A stretch of DNA of 25,991 nt from a virus (taxonomy: Duplodnaviria > Caudoviricetes), in IMG/VR virus record IMGVR_UViG_3300012953_002798, positions 1 through 25,991 of that record, one strand, 5' to 3'. A program made the translations under genes and the position numbers. Below the pieces are notes generated by a model. The model saw nothing but the letters and a program-made list of their open reading frames with translations. It had not been told where the DNA came from and ran no database searches. The number at the start of each line of letters is the position of its first letter. Position 1 is the first letter of the stretch. Shown here one piece after another: positions 9,799 to 17,714 of the stretch.

Positions 9799-10492
9799 TG
9801 TAGTTTGTGTAAATTGGGGTACTAAGTATCCTAAATCATATACAGAGCGTTTGTATAATATGGTCAAACGTAATACTACACGTGACTTTAATTTTTATGT
9901 ATTGACAGATCAACACATATATGAAGAACCAATAAAAACCATTGAACTGAAAGCAGGTTTAAAAGGTTGGTGGAATAAACTACAGATGTTTGATAGAGAA
10001 GTTATGCCTGAAGGTGAATGGTTATATTTTGATTTAGATGTAGTGATAGTAGAAAATATTGATTGTTTCTTTGATTCACCAAAATTTGGTATACTACGAG
10101 ATTTTATAAGACCAGATGAAGGATTATTACCTGGTAAAGAGTACAATTCATCAATACTCAGGTTCAATAATTTTGAATATTCTTCTATATTTGAGTATTA
10201 TCTATCTAATAAGCAGGTGTTTCATGATATGCAAAAACAAGTACCATTCTTTGGTGATCAAAATGTTATTAGTAGCTACTTTAATGCTTACCCTGATTAC
10301 TGCAAGCCATTCCCAGATGAATGGGCATGGTCCTACAAAAAAGGAGTGGCAAGAGGCGCCCATGCAGGAGATCGAAGTGAAATGTTTGGAAGAGAAATAC
10401 CTGATGGCGGGAAGATCTGTGTATTCCACGGAGAACCTAATCCAGAACAGGTGCTGGAGAAACACGATTGGATAAAGGAGAACTATAAATGA
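9791..10492 (+). CDS. GT-A glycosyltransferase
   Basis: VVCVNWGTKY, GWWNKL, LYFDLDVVI (DxD), NSS, GDQ and ICVFHGEPNP; TTG start. Confidence 0.78.
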   Translation: MINVVCVNWGTKYPKSYTERLYNMVKRNTTRDFNFYVLTDQHIYEEPIKTIELKAGLKGWWNKLQMFDREVMPEGEWLYFDLDVVIVENIDCFFDSPKFGILRDFIRPDEGLLPGKEYNSSILRFNNFEYSSIFEYYLSNKQVFHDMQKQVPFFGDQNVISSYFNAYPDYCKPFPDEWAWSYKKGVARGAHAGDRSEMFGREIPDGGKICVFHGEPNPEQVLEKHDWIKENYK

Positions 10493-10701
10493 ACAAAATG
10501 TTAGATGAGCAAATGATTCAGGCATTGGCACTGAAATTTGAAGGCCTTAAACAAGCACATATAATGAATGTAAAAACATTATTACATAATGGTGTAGGTG
10601 TTGCAGAACATCCAGATAGTGCATTAACTATTGAAGGTGAGATTGGCAAGGTTGCAGAATATGATGATAAGATCGAAGCTTTAAAAAAGTATTTTGACTA
10701 A
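10489..10701 (+). CDS. Small hypothetical protein (helical hairpin, GVGVAEHPD turn) of a type common in T4-like phages
   Basis: 70 aa, AAGGAG RBS, ATGA/TAATG coupling with both neighbours. Confidence 0.7.
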   Translation: MNKMLDEQMIQALALKFEGLKQAHIMNVKTLLHNGVGVAEHPDSALTIEGEIGKVAEYDDKIEALKKYFD

Positions 10702-11555
10702 TGGGATTTGAAAATAAAAAGATTTGTATAACTGGCCACACTAAAGGTGTTGGTAAGGCTATTAAAGATAGGCTTGAAGCTAATCACTACACAGTCATTG
10801 GTGGATCAAGATCTAATGGTGTAAATGTAGGTAAACCAAAATCAGTACTTAACTGGATTCTTAAAGAAGACCCTGATGTCTTTATTAATAATGTATTCTG
10901 GCCAGATTCACAGGCAAAAATTTGTTATCAACTTTATAATAAATGGCAAAGCGAAAAGAAACACATAATTAATATGAGTTCTACTAGCGGTATGGCTCAT
11001 ACTAATTTTAATGAGATGGCAAATAGTGATATTACTAGAGCATTTTATAACGAGTTCTGGGGACCATACGTATCAGAAAAGAATAGATTAGATTTTATTA
11101 GTAAACAATTAGCTCATAAATTTAGTAGAAGATTTCCATGTAAGGTGACTTCAATGATGCCTGGTTTTGTAGATACTAATGCAGTAGCTTTATTCAAACC
11201 CGTATTTACACCTGAAAGTTTCTTAACACCTGAAGAAGTAGCACAGCAAGTGCATTGGCTGATAGAACAACCTGATCATATACAAGTGCAAGCTCTAGCG
11301 TTTGGTACATATTTTGAAATATCACAAGCAGCTGCAAGACAAAGATTAAAAGACTTTGATAATATGGTAGAACAACAACAAAATAATGCTTATAATTTAG
11401 ATGAAAAAGCGGTTGAAGCTGGAAAAGAAGGTAGAGAAGCATTGAAAAAACTTATTAATAAGAGAATCATGCAAACAACACCAGATGTATCAAGAAAAAC
11501 AAAAGATGCAATTGAGCAATTACAAGAAGAAACGTATGATGGAAAAGAAGAATAG
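10701..11555 (+). CDS. Classical short-chain dehydrogenase/reductase (SDR) with C-terminal coiled extension
   Basis: ITGHTKGVG (TGxxxGxG), FINN, IINMSS, catalytic YVSEK (YxxxK) and PGFVDT. Confidence 0.85.
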   Translation: MGFENKKICITGHTKGVGKAIKDRLEANHYTVIGGSRSNGVNVGKPKSVLNWILKEDPDVFINNVFWPDSQAKICYQLYNKWQSEKKHIINMSSTSGMAHTNFNEMANSDITRAFYNEFWGPYVSEKNRLDFISKQLAHKFSRRFPCKVTSMMPGFVDTNAVALFKPVFTPESFLTPEEVAQQVHWLIEQPDHIQVQALAFGTYFEISQAAARQRLKDFDNMVEQQQNNAYNLDEKAVEAGKEGREALKKLINKRIMQTTPDVSRKTKDAIEQLQEETYDGKEE

Positions 11556-12783
11556 ACTTGCAGTCACAGGTGTAGCTATTGCAGATTGTCTTGGTGATGA
11601 TGGCATAGAAAATAATTTCAATAGGTATATGGCTAATGATACATCTACACCTATGGATATCGAAAACATCAAGCAATCAATTGTAGAAAAAGGTTTATTA
11701 AGAAAAGCATTGACAAAATACTATGATAGATCTTCTATGGCTATTATAGATTTAGTAGATAAAGCAATTAATATGGCCGACTTAGATGTAAAGTCAGATA
11801 CTGAAGCACCTATCATGACTGGTACAACAAGAGGTCCTATTACATCTACACTAGAATACTTTAAATTATATTGGTTTGAAAAATGGAAAGAAGAATTTGA
11901 ATCTGATCCTGCAAAGAAACAAGAAATATATGCTGGTCTAATTAAAAAGTTTCAAAGAATGAATCCATATTTTCTTTTAAATGTAAATGTAGATTTTATA
12001 CAAACACAACTATCTGCTCATTATGGTATCAATGGTCCAGTATTTCAATCAGCAGCGACATGTAGTAGTGGTATTTACCTATTAGATATTGCAAAGGCTT
12101 ATTTAGAGAGAGGTAATAAGTATGCTATTCTTACGGGTTATGAACAACTTGATGCTCATGAATTAACACGTTGGTTCTTTATGTCTTTAGGTGCTGCAGC
12201 TCCAAGTGGTGTATGTAAACCTTTTGATAATAGTAGAGATGGTACAGTGTTAAAGAATTCGTATGCAGCTATGATTGTAGAACGAGAAGATGAGGCTAAG
12301 AAGAGAGGTGCAAATATCTTAGCTTATGTTGAAGATGTAAGAAATAGAAATGATGCAGGTCATGCATTAGCACCAGCTGATGATGGTAAAGCATATCGAA
12401 TTGCATTGGAGTCCTTAATGAAAGACAAAGACATTACGTATGATGATATAGATTATGTAAATGCGCACGCCACAGGTACTCCAAGAGGTGATGAGATAGA
12501 ACTTAATACACTTAAAGATTATCTTAAAAAAGATACGGTAATTTCTGCCTTAAAAGGCCATATTGGTCATGCTATGGGTGCATGTTCTTTGGCAGAAATG
12601 ACATATACTATAATGATGATGAATAAAGGTATTGCTTTACACACAGCACATTTAACTGATCCATGTGATGATTACTTTAATCTTATTACAGAGCCAAAAG
12701 AAATGGAAATTAAGTATGCACTTAAGAATAGTTTTGGTTTTGGTGGTAGATCTTCTGTAGCATTGCTATCGAAAGCTGACTAA
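11536..12783 (+). CDS. fabF: Beta-ketoacyl-ACP synthase (FabF/KAS II-like ketosynthase)
   Basis: LAVTG, catalytic Cys in AATCSSG, CKPFD..RDG, YVNAHATGT..GD..E, KGHIGH and NSFGFGG. Start is probably 11536 or 11539; the ORF is open from 11485. Confidence 0.88.
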   Translation: MMEKKNRLAVTGVAIADCLGDDGIENNFNRYMANDTSTPMDIENIKQSIVEKGLLRKALTKYYDRSSMAIIDLVDKAINMADLDVKSDTEAPIMTGTTRGPITSTLEYFKLYWFEKWKEEFESDPAKKQEIYAGLIKKFQRMNPYFLLNVNVDFIQTQLSAHYGINGPVFQSAATCSSGIYLLDIAKAYLERGNKYAILTGYEQLDAHELTRWFFMSLGAAAPSGVCKPFDNSRDGTVLKNSYAAMIVEREDEAKKRGANILAYVEDVRNRNDAGHALAPADDGKAYRIALESLMKDKDITYDDIDYVNAHATGTPRGDEIELNTLKDYLKKDTVISALKGHIGHAMGACSLAEMTYTIMMMNKGIALHTAHLTDPCDDYFNLITEPKEMEIKYALKNSFGFGGRSSVALLSKAD

Positions 12784-13826
12784 TGGAACTTATAAAACAC
12801 GATCATTATGCAGAATTAAAGGTAGATTCACCTAGTAATGATGATGATATAAAAGAATTAGGTCGGGCATGTAGAGAATACTTGTTCGACCACCAAGTTT
12901 TAGTACTCAAAAAACAAAATCCTGATTCAGTATACTATTCAAAACTGATTCATTCAATAACAAAATCCGGCATATACAATTGGAGACAATGTTCTTGGAC
13001 ACCTGACGGTGAGTTGTTTAGTATGGGAGAACAACTTATGGCAAATGTTGGATATACATCGAAAGAAGCTTCTAATATAGAGATGCCTAAATCAGGACCA
13101 TTGAATCAGATTAAACCTACATCATCTTTACAAGATAAGAATCATGAATATTTAGATCCATTTGAATTTAATGAAGTAAACTCATATCCAGTACAACGTG
13201 TCACTGGTGAACAGAAAGGAAAATACGGTGGTGGTATATTTGGTACTGGCGACTTGGATTGGCATTGCAATCTTGGAGGTTATCACGAGGCTGATGGCGT
13301 AGCGCTACAAGGAATTAGAGATGTAGAAGGTGCTTCAACCTTCTTTGCAAATAGTGTACCTGCTTTAAGAGATATGCCTGATAATTTATTAGGTCAAATA
13401 CAAGATAGAAAAGCACACTTTAAATTTGACCATAAGAAATGGTCAGATACAAAGAAGATGCATCCAATGCAGAGAATTACTATGCAACTCTTATATCTTA
13501 ATAATAAGAGAGCAGAAATGGATTTGTATGTTATACAAGAGAATCTAAAGAAGATTAAAGGTATATACTTTCATAGACTTAATAATATGGATATAGAAGG
13601 TGATGATGGTACATTAGTGCAGGCTTTATATGATCACATGTTTCAAGAACAATATGTATATGAACACCATTGGGAAGTTGGAGATATTGTCTTAATGGAC
13701 CAATTAATAACACAGCATAAAAGAGAATTCGTAGAACCATCTCTCTTAGAGAAAAGAGTACTACACAGACTTACATTTATGTTAAACAACGATGATAACT
13801 ATGTCTACAATTATAACCACTCTTGA
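12783..13826 (+). CDS. TauD/TfdA-family Fe(II)/2-oxoglutarate dioxygenase-like protein (HxN variant)
   Basis: LDWHCN, G..T.FAN, YEHHWEVGDIVLMDQ..TQHKR and RVLHR; TAATG coupling to the ketosynthase. Confidence 0.75.
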   Translation: MELIKHDHYAELKVDSPSNDDDIKELGRACREYLFDHQVLVLKKQNPDSVYYSKLIHSITKSGIYNWRQCSWTPDGELFSMGEQLMANVGYTSKEASNIEMPKSGPLNQIKPTSSLQDKNHEYLDPFEFNEVNSYPVQRVTGEQKGKYGGGIFGTGDLDWHCNLGGYHEADGVALQGIRDVEGASTFFANSVPALRDMPDNLLGQIQDRKAHFKFDHKKWSDTKKMHPMQRITMQLLYLNNKRAEMDLYVIQENLKKIKGIYFHRLNNMDIEGDDGTLVQALYDHMFQEQYVYEHHWEVGDIVLMDQLITQHKREFVEPSLLEKRVLHRLTFMLNNDDNYVYNYNHS

Positions 13827-14772
13827 TACTGACATAACAAACATGGTCGATCCAGACTATGATAGAATTAAGAGAGCAGTTGAATCTGATGGTATCATAT
13901 TAATAAAGAAACAAGACACAAATCCAATACACTTCAGTAAAATTATTAGTAAAATTTGGGGTATTGATAACTACAGATTCCTAGCTTGGAATACAGATGG
14001 TTCATCTGCTAAGAATGCAATAGCAGCATTCACACAAAAACAAATGCCTAATCCAAACGCTGGTGATTATTGGGGACATGATGATTTCAGAGATAATGAA
14101 GATTATCCAGATCCATTTAATTTTCCAGCACATAAAACATATCCAGTACAAAGAGTGACTGGTGAAAAGAAAGAAGGTAAGTGGACAGGAATATTTCAAT
14201 TAGGTAAATTAGATTGGCATTGTAATTTGAATCAATTACATGGTGCTGATGGTGTAGCATTACAAGCAATACGAGGTTGTGAGAATACACCAACACTATT
14301 TATGAATACTATTCCGGCATTGAAAGAAATGCCTGAAGATTTAAGAAAGAAAATAGAAGGTAGATATGCAACTTACATTTATGACTATGAAAAATGGGGT
14401 AAGGTTATGTCTAAAGAACAAGCAATGGTGTTTAAACTTGCTGGAAAGAAACCATTTAAGTTATGGTTGATTCAGGAAAATGCTGGTGGTACTAAAGGTA
14501 TCTATTGGCATAAGTTTAATCACATGCAAATCAATGATGATGAAGGACATAAACTAAGAGATGAGTTAGAAGAATACTTATTTCAAGATAAGTATATCTA
14601 CACACATAATTGGGAGGTAGGTGATGTTATTATAATGGATCAACTACTTACTCAACATAAAAGGGTACCAGAAAAAGATGAGGTACTAGAAAATAGAGTT
14701 CTACACAGGTTATCATTTAGGTTAACAAACCGAGGTGTACCAAGAGCTCTTGAATTAGCCAATAGGATATAA
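13792..14772 (+). CDS. TauD/TfdA-family dioxygenase-like protein, paralog 2 (HxN variant)
   Basis: YPVQRVTGE, LDWHCNL, ADGVALQ, YTHNWEVGDVIIMDQLLTQHKR and RVLHRL, all shared with the preceding gene. Alternative start at 13801. Confidence 0.75.
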   Translation: MITMSTIITTLDTDITNMVDPDYDRIKRAVESDGIILIKKQDTNPIHFSKIISKIWGIDNYRFLAWNTDGSSAKNAIAAFTQKQMPNPNAGDYWGHDDFRDNEDYPDPFNFPAHKTYPVQRVTGEKKEGKWTGIFQLGKLDWHCNLNQLHGADGVALQAIRGCENTPTLFMNTIPALKEMPEDLRKKIEGRYATYIYDYEKWGKVMSKEQAMVFKLAGKKPFKLWLIQENAGGTKGIYWHKFNHMQINDDEGHKLRDELEEYLFQDKYIYTHNWEVGDVIIMDQLLTQHKRVPEKDEVLENRVLHRLSFRLTNRGVPRALELANRI

Positions 14773-14775
14773 ATA
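14768..14775 (+). promoter_or_regulatory. T4-type late promoter TATAAATA
   Basis: Perfect consensus at a gene end, upstream of an AAGGAG RBS and ATG 14807. Confidence 0.7.
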
Positions 14776-14806
14776 CTATATCCAAATAAACAAAGGAGAA
14801 ACTTAT

Positions 14807-15007
14807 ATGGAATCGATTAAAGAAATGGTAATGATGGGAGTAGACTGGGTAAAAGACAGACTATCTGAGAGAACATCTTGGGATGGTATTGTACTTATTG
14901 CAATCGGAAGTCTAATTCTGATCGCATCTCCACTGACTAAAATTGCAGCACTTGTTGCAATCGGTTATGGAGTATTTACTATCTTAAAAGATGAAGGTAT
15001 GTTTTAA
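14807..15007 (+). CDS. Small membrane protein (two hydrophobic segments); holin-like candidate
   Basis: AAGGAG RBS. ERTSWDG is followed by IVLIAIGSLILIA and IAALVAIGYGVFTIL. Confidence 0.7.
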   Translation: MESIKEMVMMGVDWVKDRLSERTSWDGIVLIAIGSLILIASPLTKIAALVAIGYGVFTILKDEGMF

Positions 15008-15013
15008 TTATTT

Positions 15014-15033
15014 GGGGTAGCTTCGGCTACCCC
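15014..15033 (+). terminator. GC-rich hairpin GGGGTAGC-TTCG-GCTACCCC (C(UUCG)G tetraloop); terminator or mRNA-stabilising stem
   Basis: Perfect 8-bp stem with the UUCG loop typical of T4-like phages. It has no U-tract, so intrinsic termination is uncertain. Confidence 0.65.
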
Positions 15034-15049
15034 TAACCGCGAGTATATT

Positions 15050-15361
15050 ATGATTAGAGATTGGGGTTATTGGGAAGTACTCAATGAAGGTCCTAAATAT
15101 AAAGTCAAAAAGCTGGTAATTCAACCAGGAAAATCACTATCAAATCAGAAACACTATAAGAGAGCAGAAACTTGGATTCTTGTCTCAGGTGTATGTTATG
15201 TGGAGAATGAATATGGTACTAGTAATAAACTAATACCATTTAAACCATTCCATATACCAGTTCAATCATGGCATAGAGCCTATAATAAAGATAACACGCC
15301 CGCGGAGATCATTGAGATATGGGATGGAGAATCTACAGAAAATGATATAGAGAGACGCTAA
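15050..15361 (+). CDS. Cupin, mannose-6-phosphate isomerase type II C-terminal-like
   Basis: R.WG.WEVL, YKVKKLVIQPGKSLS.QKH..RAE.W, IP...WHR..N and IIEIW.G...E.DIER. Confidence 0.8.
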   Translation: MIRDWGYWEVLNEGPKYKVKKLVIQPGKSLSNQKHYKRAETWILVSGVCYVENEYGTSNKLIPFKPFHIPVQSWHRAYNKDNTPAEIIEIWDGESTENDIERR

Positions 15362-15521
15362 AAGCTGTGTTTTCACCGAGACAGCCTTCCAAAGCATGAT
15401 CCGAGCACCATCTCGAGGCTGTAAAAATAAGGATTCTCACATATATATCATAATGTATAGTTATTAGTAAATAGAGCAAAAAGCACCAAAAATCACACCA
15501 AGCTGCTTTTTTTTGACTATT

Positions 15522-15550
15522 TTGAAAAAAACTCGCTTTTAAAGTATAAT
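15522..15550 (+). promoter_or_regulatory. Sigma70-like (early) promoter TTGAAA-N17-TATAAT
   Basis: -35 at 15522-15527 and -10 at 15545-15550, with an AGGAGG RBS at 15584-15589. Confidence 0.72.
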
Positions 15551-15596
15551 ATTACTGTATCATTAAAAATCATAGCAAAAAGCAGGAGGATAATAA

Positions 15597-16535
15597 ATGG
15601 CACATCAAGTAGAAACAATGGCGTATGCAGGTGAATTACCATGGCATGGTCTTGGAGTTAAGGTCAATGATGACCTTTCACCAGCTGAAATACAAAGAGA
15701 AGCTGGATTGGAATGGGAAGTTCAAAAAGTTCCCATGTTTGCAAATGCTAATGGTTCAGAAGTAAAGATTCCGAATCAGACAGCACTTATCAGAGAAACT
15801 GATAATAAAGTCCTATCAATTGTAGGTGATAACTGGGAGCCAGTACAAAACAGTACAGCCTTTGAGTTCTTCACTGACTTTGTGAAACAAGGTAAAATGA
15901 AAATGCACACAGCAGGTTCATTACAAGATGGTAAGATGGTATGGGCATTAGCTAAAGTAGATGATGACTTTGAACTATTTAATGGTGACAAAGTAGAATC
16001 ATATTTACTTTTCTCTAACCCACACCAGTATGGTAAATCTATTGATGTTAGATTCTCACCAATCAGAGTTGTATGCAATAACACATTGACAATGGCTCTT
16101 GGTGGTAAATCTGGTGTCACACTAGATCACCGTAAAGCTTTTGATTCTCAAACAGTTCAACAAACTATGGGACTGGCACATGAGTCAATGGACGAATACA
16201 AAGAAGTTGCAGAATTTCTTGGTTCTAAACGTTATACTAAAGATACATTGAATCAGTACTTCTCTGATGTCTTTGGTAAATCATCCAAATCAGATGACAA
16301 TGAGCTTATACTTACTCGTAATGGTAATAAAGCTCTTGATATTATCGACACCCAACCAGGTGCTGATTTTCAACGAGGTACTTTCTGGCAAGCACTGAAT
16401 GCAGTGACTTACTTAGCTGACCATGAGTTAGCGAATACCAGAGACATGAGAATGTATGCCTCTTGGTTTGGAGCTAATCGTGTTAAAAAAATTAATGCGG
16501 TTAAAAAAGCAGTAGAATATGCAAAAGCTGCATAA
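15597..16535 (+). CDS. DUF932/DUF945 family phage/plasmid protein
   Basis: MAH.VETMAY..E.PWHGLG, AGL.W.V, QN..AF.FF, TAGSL..GK.VW.LA, PIRVVCNNTL and GT.W.A.NAVT...DH. Confidence 0.88.
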   Translation: MAHQVETMAYAGELPWHGLGVKVNDDLSPAEIQREAGLEWEVQKVPMFANANGSEVKIPNQTALIRETDNKVLSIVGDNWEPVQNSTAFEFFTDFVKQGKMKMHTAGSLQDGKMVWALAKVDDDFELFNGDKVESYLLFSNPHQYGKSIDVRFSPIRVVCNNTLTMALGGKSGVTLDHRKAFDSQTVQQTMGLAHESMDEYKEVAEFLGSKRYTKDTLNQYFSDVFGKSSKSDDNELILTRNGNKALDIIDTQPGADFQRGTFWQALNAVTYLADHELANTRDMRMYASWFGANRVKKINAVKKAVEYAKAA

Positions 16536-17412
16536 CACTAAAGCTTTAACCCTAGATAGCGTGGCCATAGAGCCACGCTACTCTACTATTTTAAAGGCAG
16601 ATAAGATTGATTTGGAGATTGATAATAAAGCTCCAATATGGGCATCATGTGATGATGCTACAGGTACTATAGAAATAGCAGAATCATTATCTGAAGCAAA
16701 GATTGGTACACTCTTAAGTACTAGATACGATATAGATGAATTATACAATTTCTTCTTTGAAGAAAAACCTTATGTTGCATTATCCATTGGCGATACTGAA
16801 GGTCAACTACATAAATGGAATCAATTAAAAAGCAAACTGCCAACAGGTAATATACACTATGTAAATCTTGTCACACAAAATGCACATAGCATAGAGTATA
16901 TTTACAAGGTGGCTAAATTTAAGGAGGCAAACAAAGATGTCAAAGTCATCGCAGGACCAGTATCAGACCCAACAGCAACAAGGAAACTTTTCGAAGTGGG
17001 TACAGAAATTACAAGGATTGGATTTGATGCTCGTTTCGATAACGAAAATTATATGGAGACTGGTGTTGGTAGCCCTCACGTTAGCGTTCTTCTTAGTAAT
17101 GATGAAGTTGCTAGGGAGTTTGATGGGCATATCATGGCTTCTGGATTCTATCCTGACGCAAGTGATATCGCCAAGTGTATAGCTTGTGGAGCATCATCAG
17201 TAGAAGTAAGTAAACTATTCTATGGCCATGAAGAGAACTATGGCAAGACAGAAACTATTGATGGAAGTATGTATAAGAATGGTGTTGAGTACAGTGGTAA
17301 AATTATAAATACAGTATATGATCTTCTCAATACTTTAGAGAAATCATGCCGTCAAGCTGGATATAAATCAATTAAAACTTTCCGAGATTCAGCCAAGTTA
17401 GTTATCATATAG
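16519..17412 (+). CDS. GMP reductase/IMP dehydrogenase (GuaC/GuaB)-fold protein with degenerate active site
   Basis: LTLDSVAIEP.YST, PIWAS..D..GT.E.A, VIAG.V, TGVG.P, DIAKCIACGA and Y.G.I.NT...L...L...C...G align with GuaC. The GIGPGSxC catalytic loop reads IGFDARFD. Confidence 0.75.
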   Translation: MQKLHNTKALTLDSVAIEPRYSTILKADKIDLEIDNKAPIWASCDDATGTIEIAESLSEAKIGTLLSTRYDIDELYNFFFEEKPYVALSIGDTEGQLHKWNQLKSKLPTGNIHYVNLVTQNAHSIEYIYKVAKFKEANKDVKVIAGPVSDPTATRKLFEVGTEITRIGFDARFDNENYMETGVGSPHVSVLLSNDEVAREFDGHIMASGFYPDASDIAKCIACGASSVEVSKLFYGHEENYGKTETIDGSMYKNGVEYSGKIINTVYDLLNTLEKSCRQAGYKSIKTFRDSAKLVII

Positions 17413-17420
17413 TATAAATA
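17413..17420 (+). promoter_or_regulatory. T4-type late promoter TATAAATA
   Basis: Perfect consensus immediately after the stop at 17412, upstream of ORF 17526. Confidence 0.65.
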
Positions 17421-17525
17421 CATTATCCGATATACAGTTGGTATACTGCTTATAAAACAACCGCAAAGCAACTAAACTCAAATTTAACTACATTATTAAC
17501 TATAACATTTATAAGAGATATTAAC

Positions 17526-17714
17526 ATGGGAATATATGAAAGCATTTTTGTAACGACAATGATAACCTTTATAGGTTTTCTTGCATGGCGTGTTTATCTC
17601 ATAGAAACAAATCATCTTACCCACATTGAAAAAGCCATCACAGAAATTCAAACAGATATGAAATGGCTAATCAAATTTCATCAAGAAGAAAAATCCCCCA
17701 AGAAAAAAAAATAA
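17526..17714 (+). CDS. Small single-TM protein with C-terminal coiled coil and basic tail
   Basis: Hydrophobic IFVTTMITFIGFLAW, then NHLTHIE...IQTDMKW and a KKKK tail. Confidence 0.6.
   Translation: MGIYESIFVTTMITFIGFLAWRVYLIETNHLTHIEKAITEIQTDMKWLIKFHQEEKSPKKKK

Noticed and set aside
10489-10701. 70-aa ORF with a DS dipeptide (HPDSAL) next to the SDR and ketosynthase, as a possible acyl carrier protein
   Set aside because: It lacks the LGxDSL context and four-helix ACP pattern. It resembles a common T4-like GxGxxEHxD helical-hairpin protein. A PP-binding HMM search would settle it.
12783-14772. Oxygenase plus GT as a TET/JBP-type DNA hypermodification system
   Set aside because: The oxygenases show TauD-type rather than TET/JBP motifs, and no methyltransferase or hydroxymethylase is adjacent. 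Kept only as a minor alternative.
17304-17311. TATAAATA inside the GuaC-like gene
   Set aside because: It is intragenic in AT-rich sequence, and a better-placed copy exists at 17413. It cannot be distinguished from chance.
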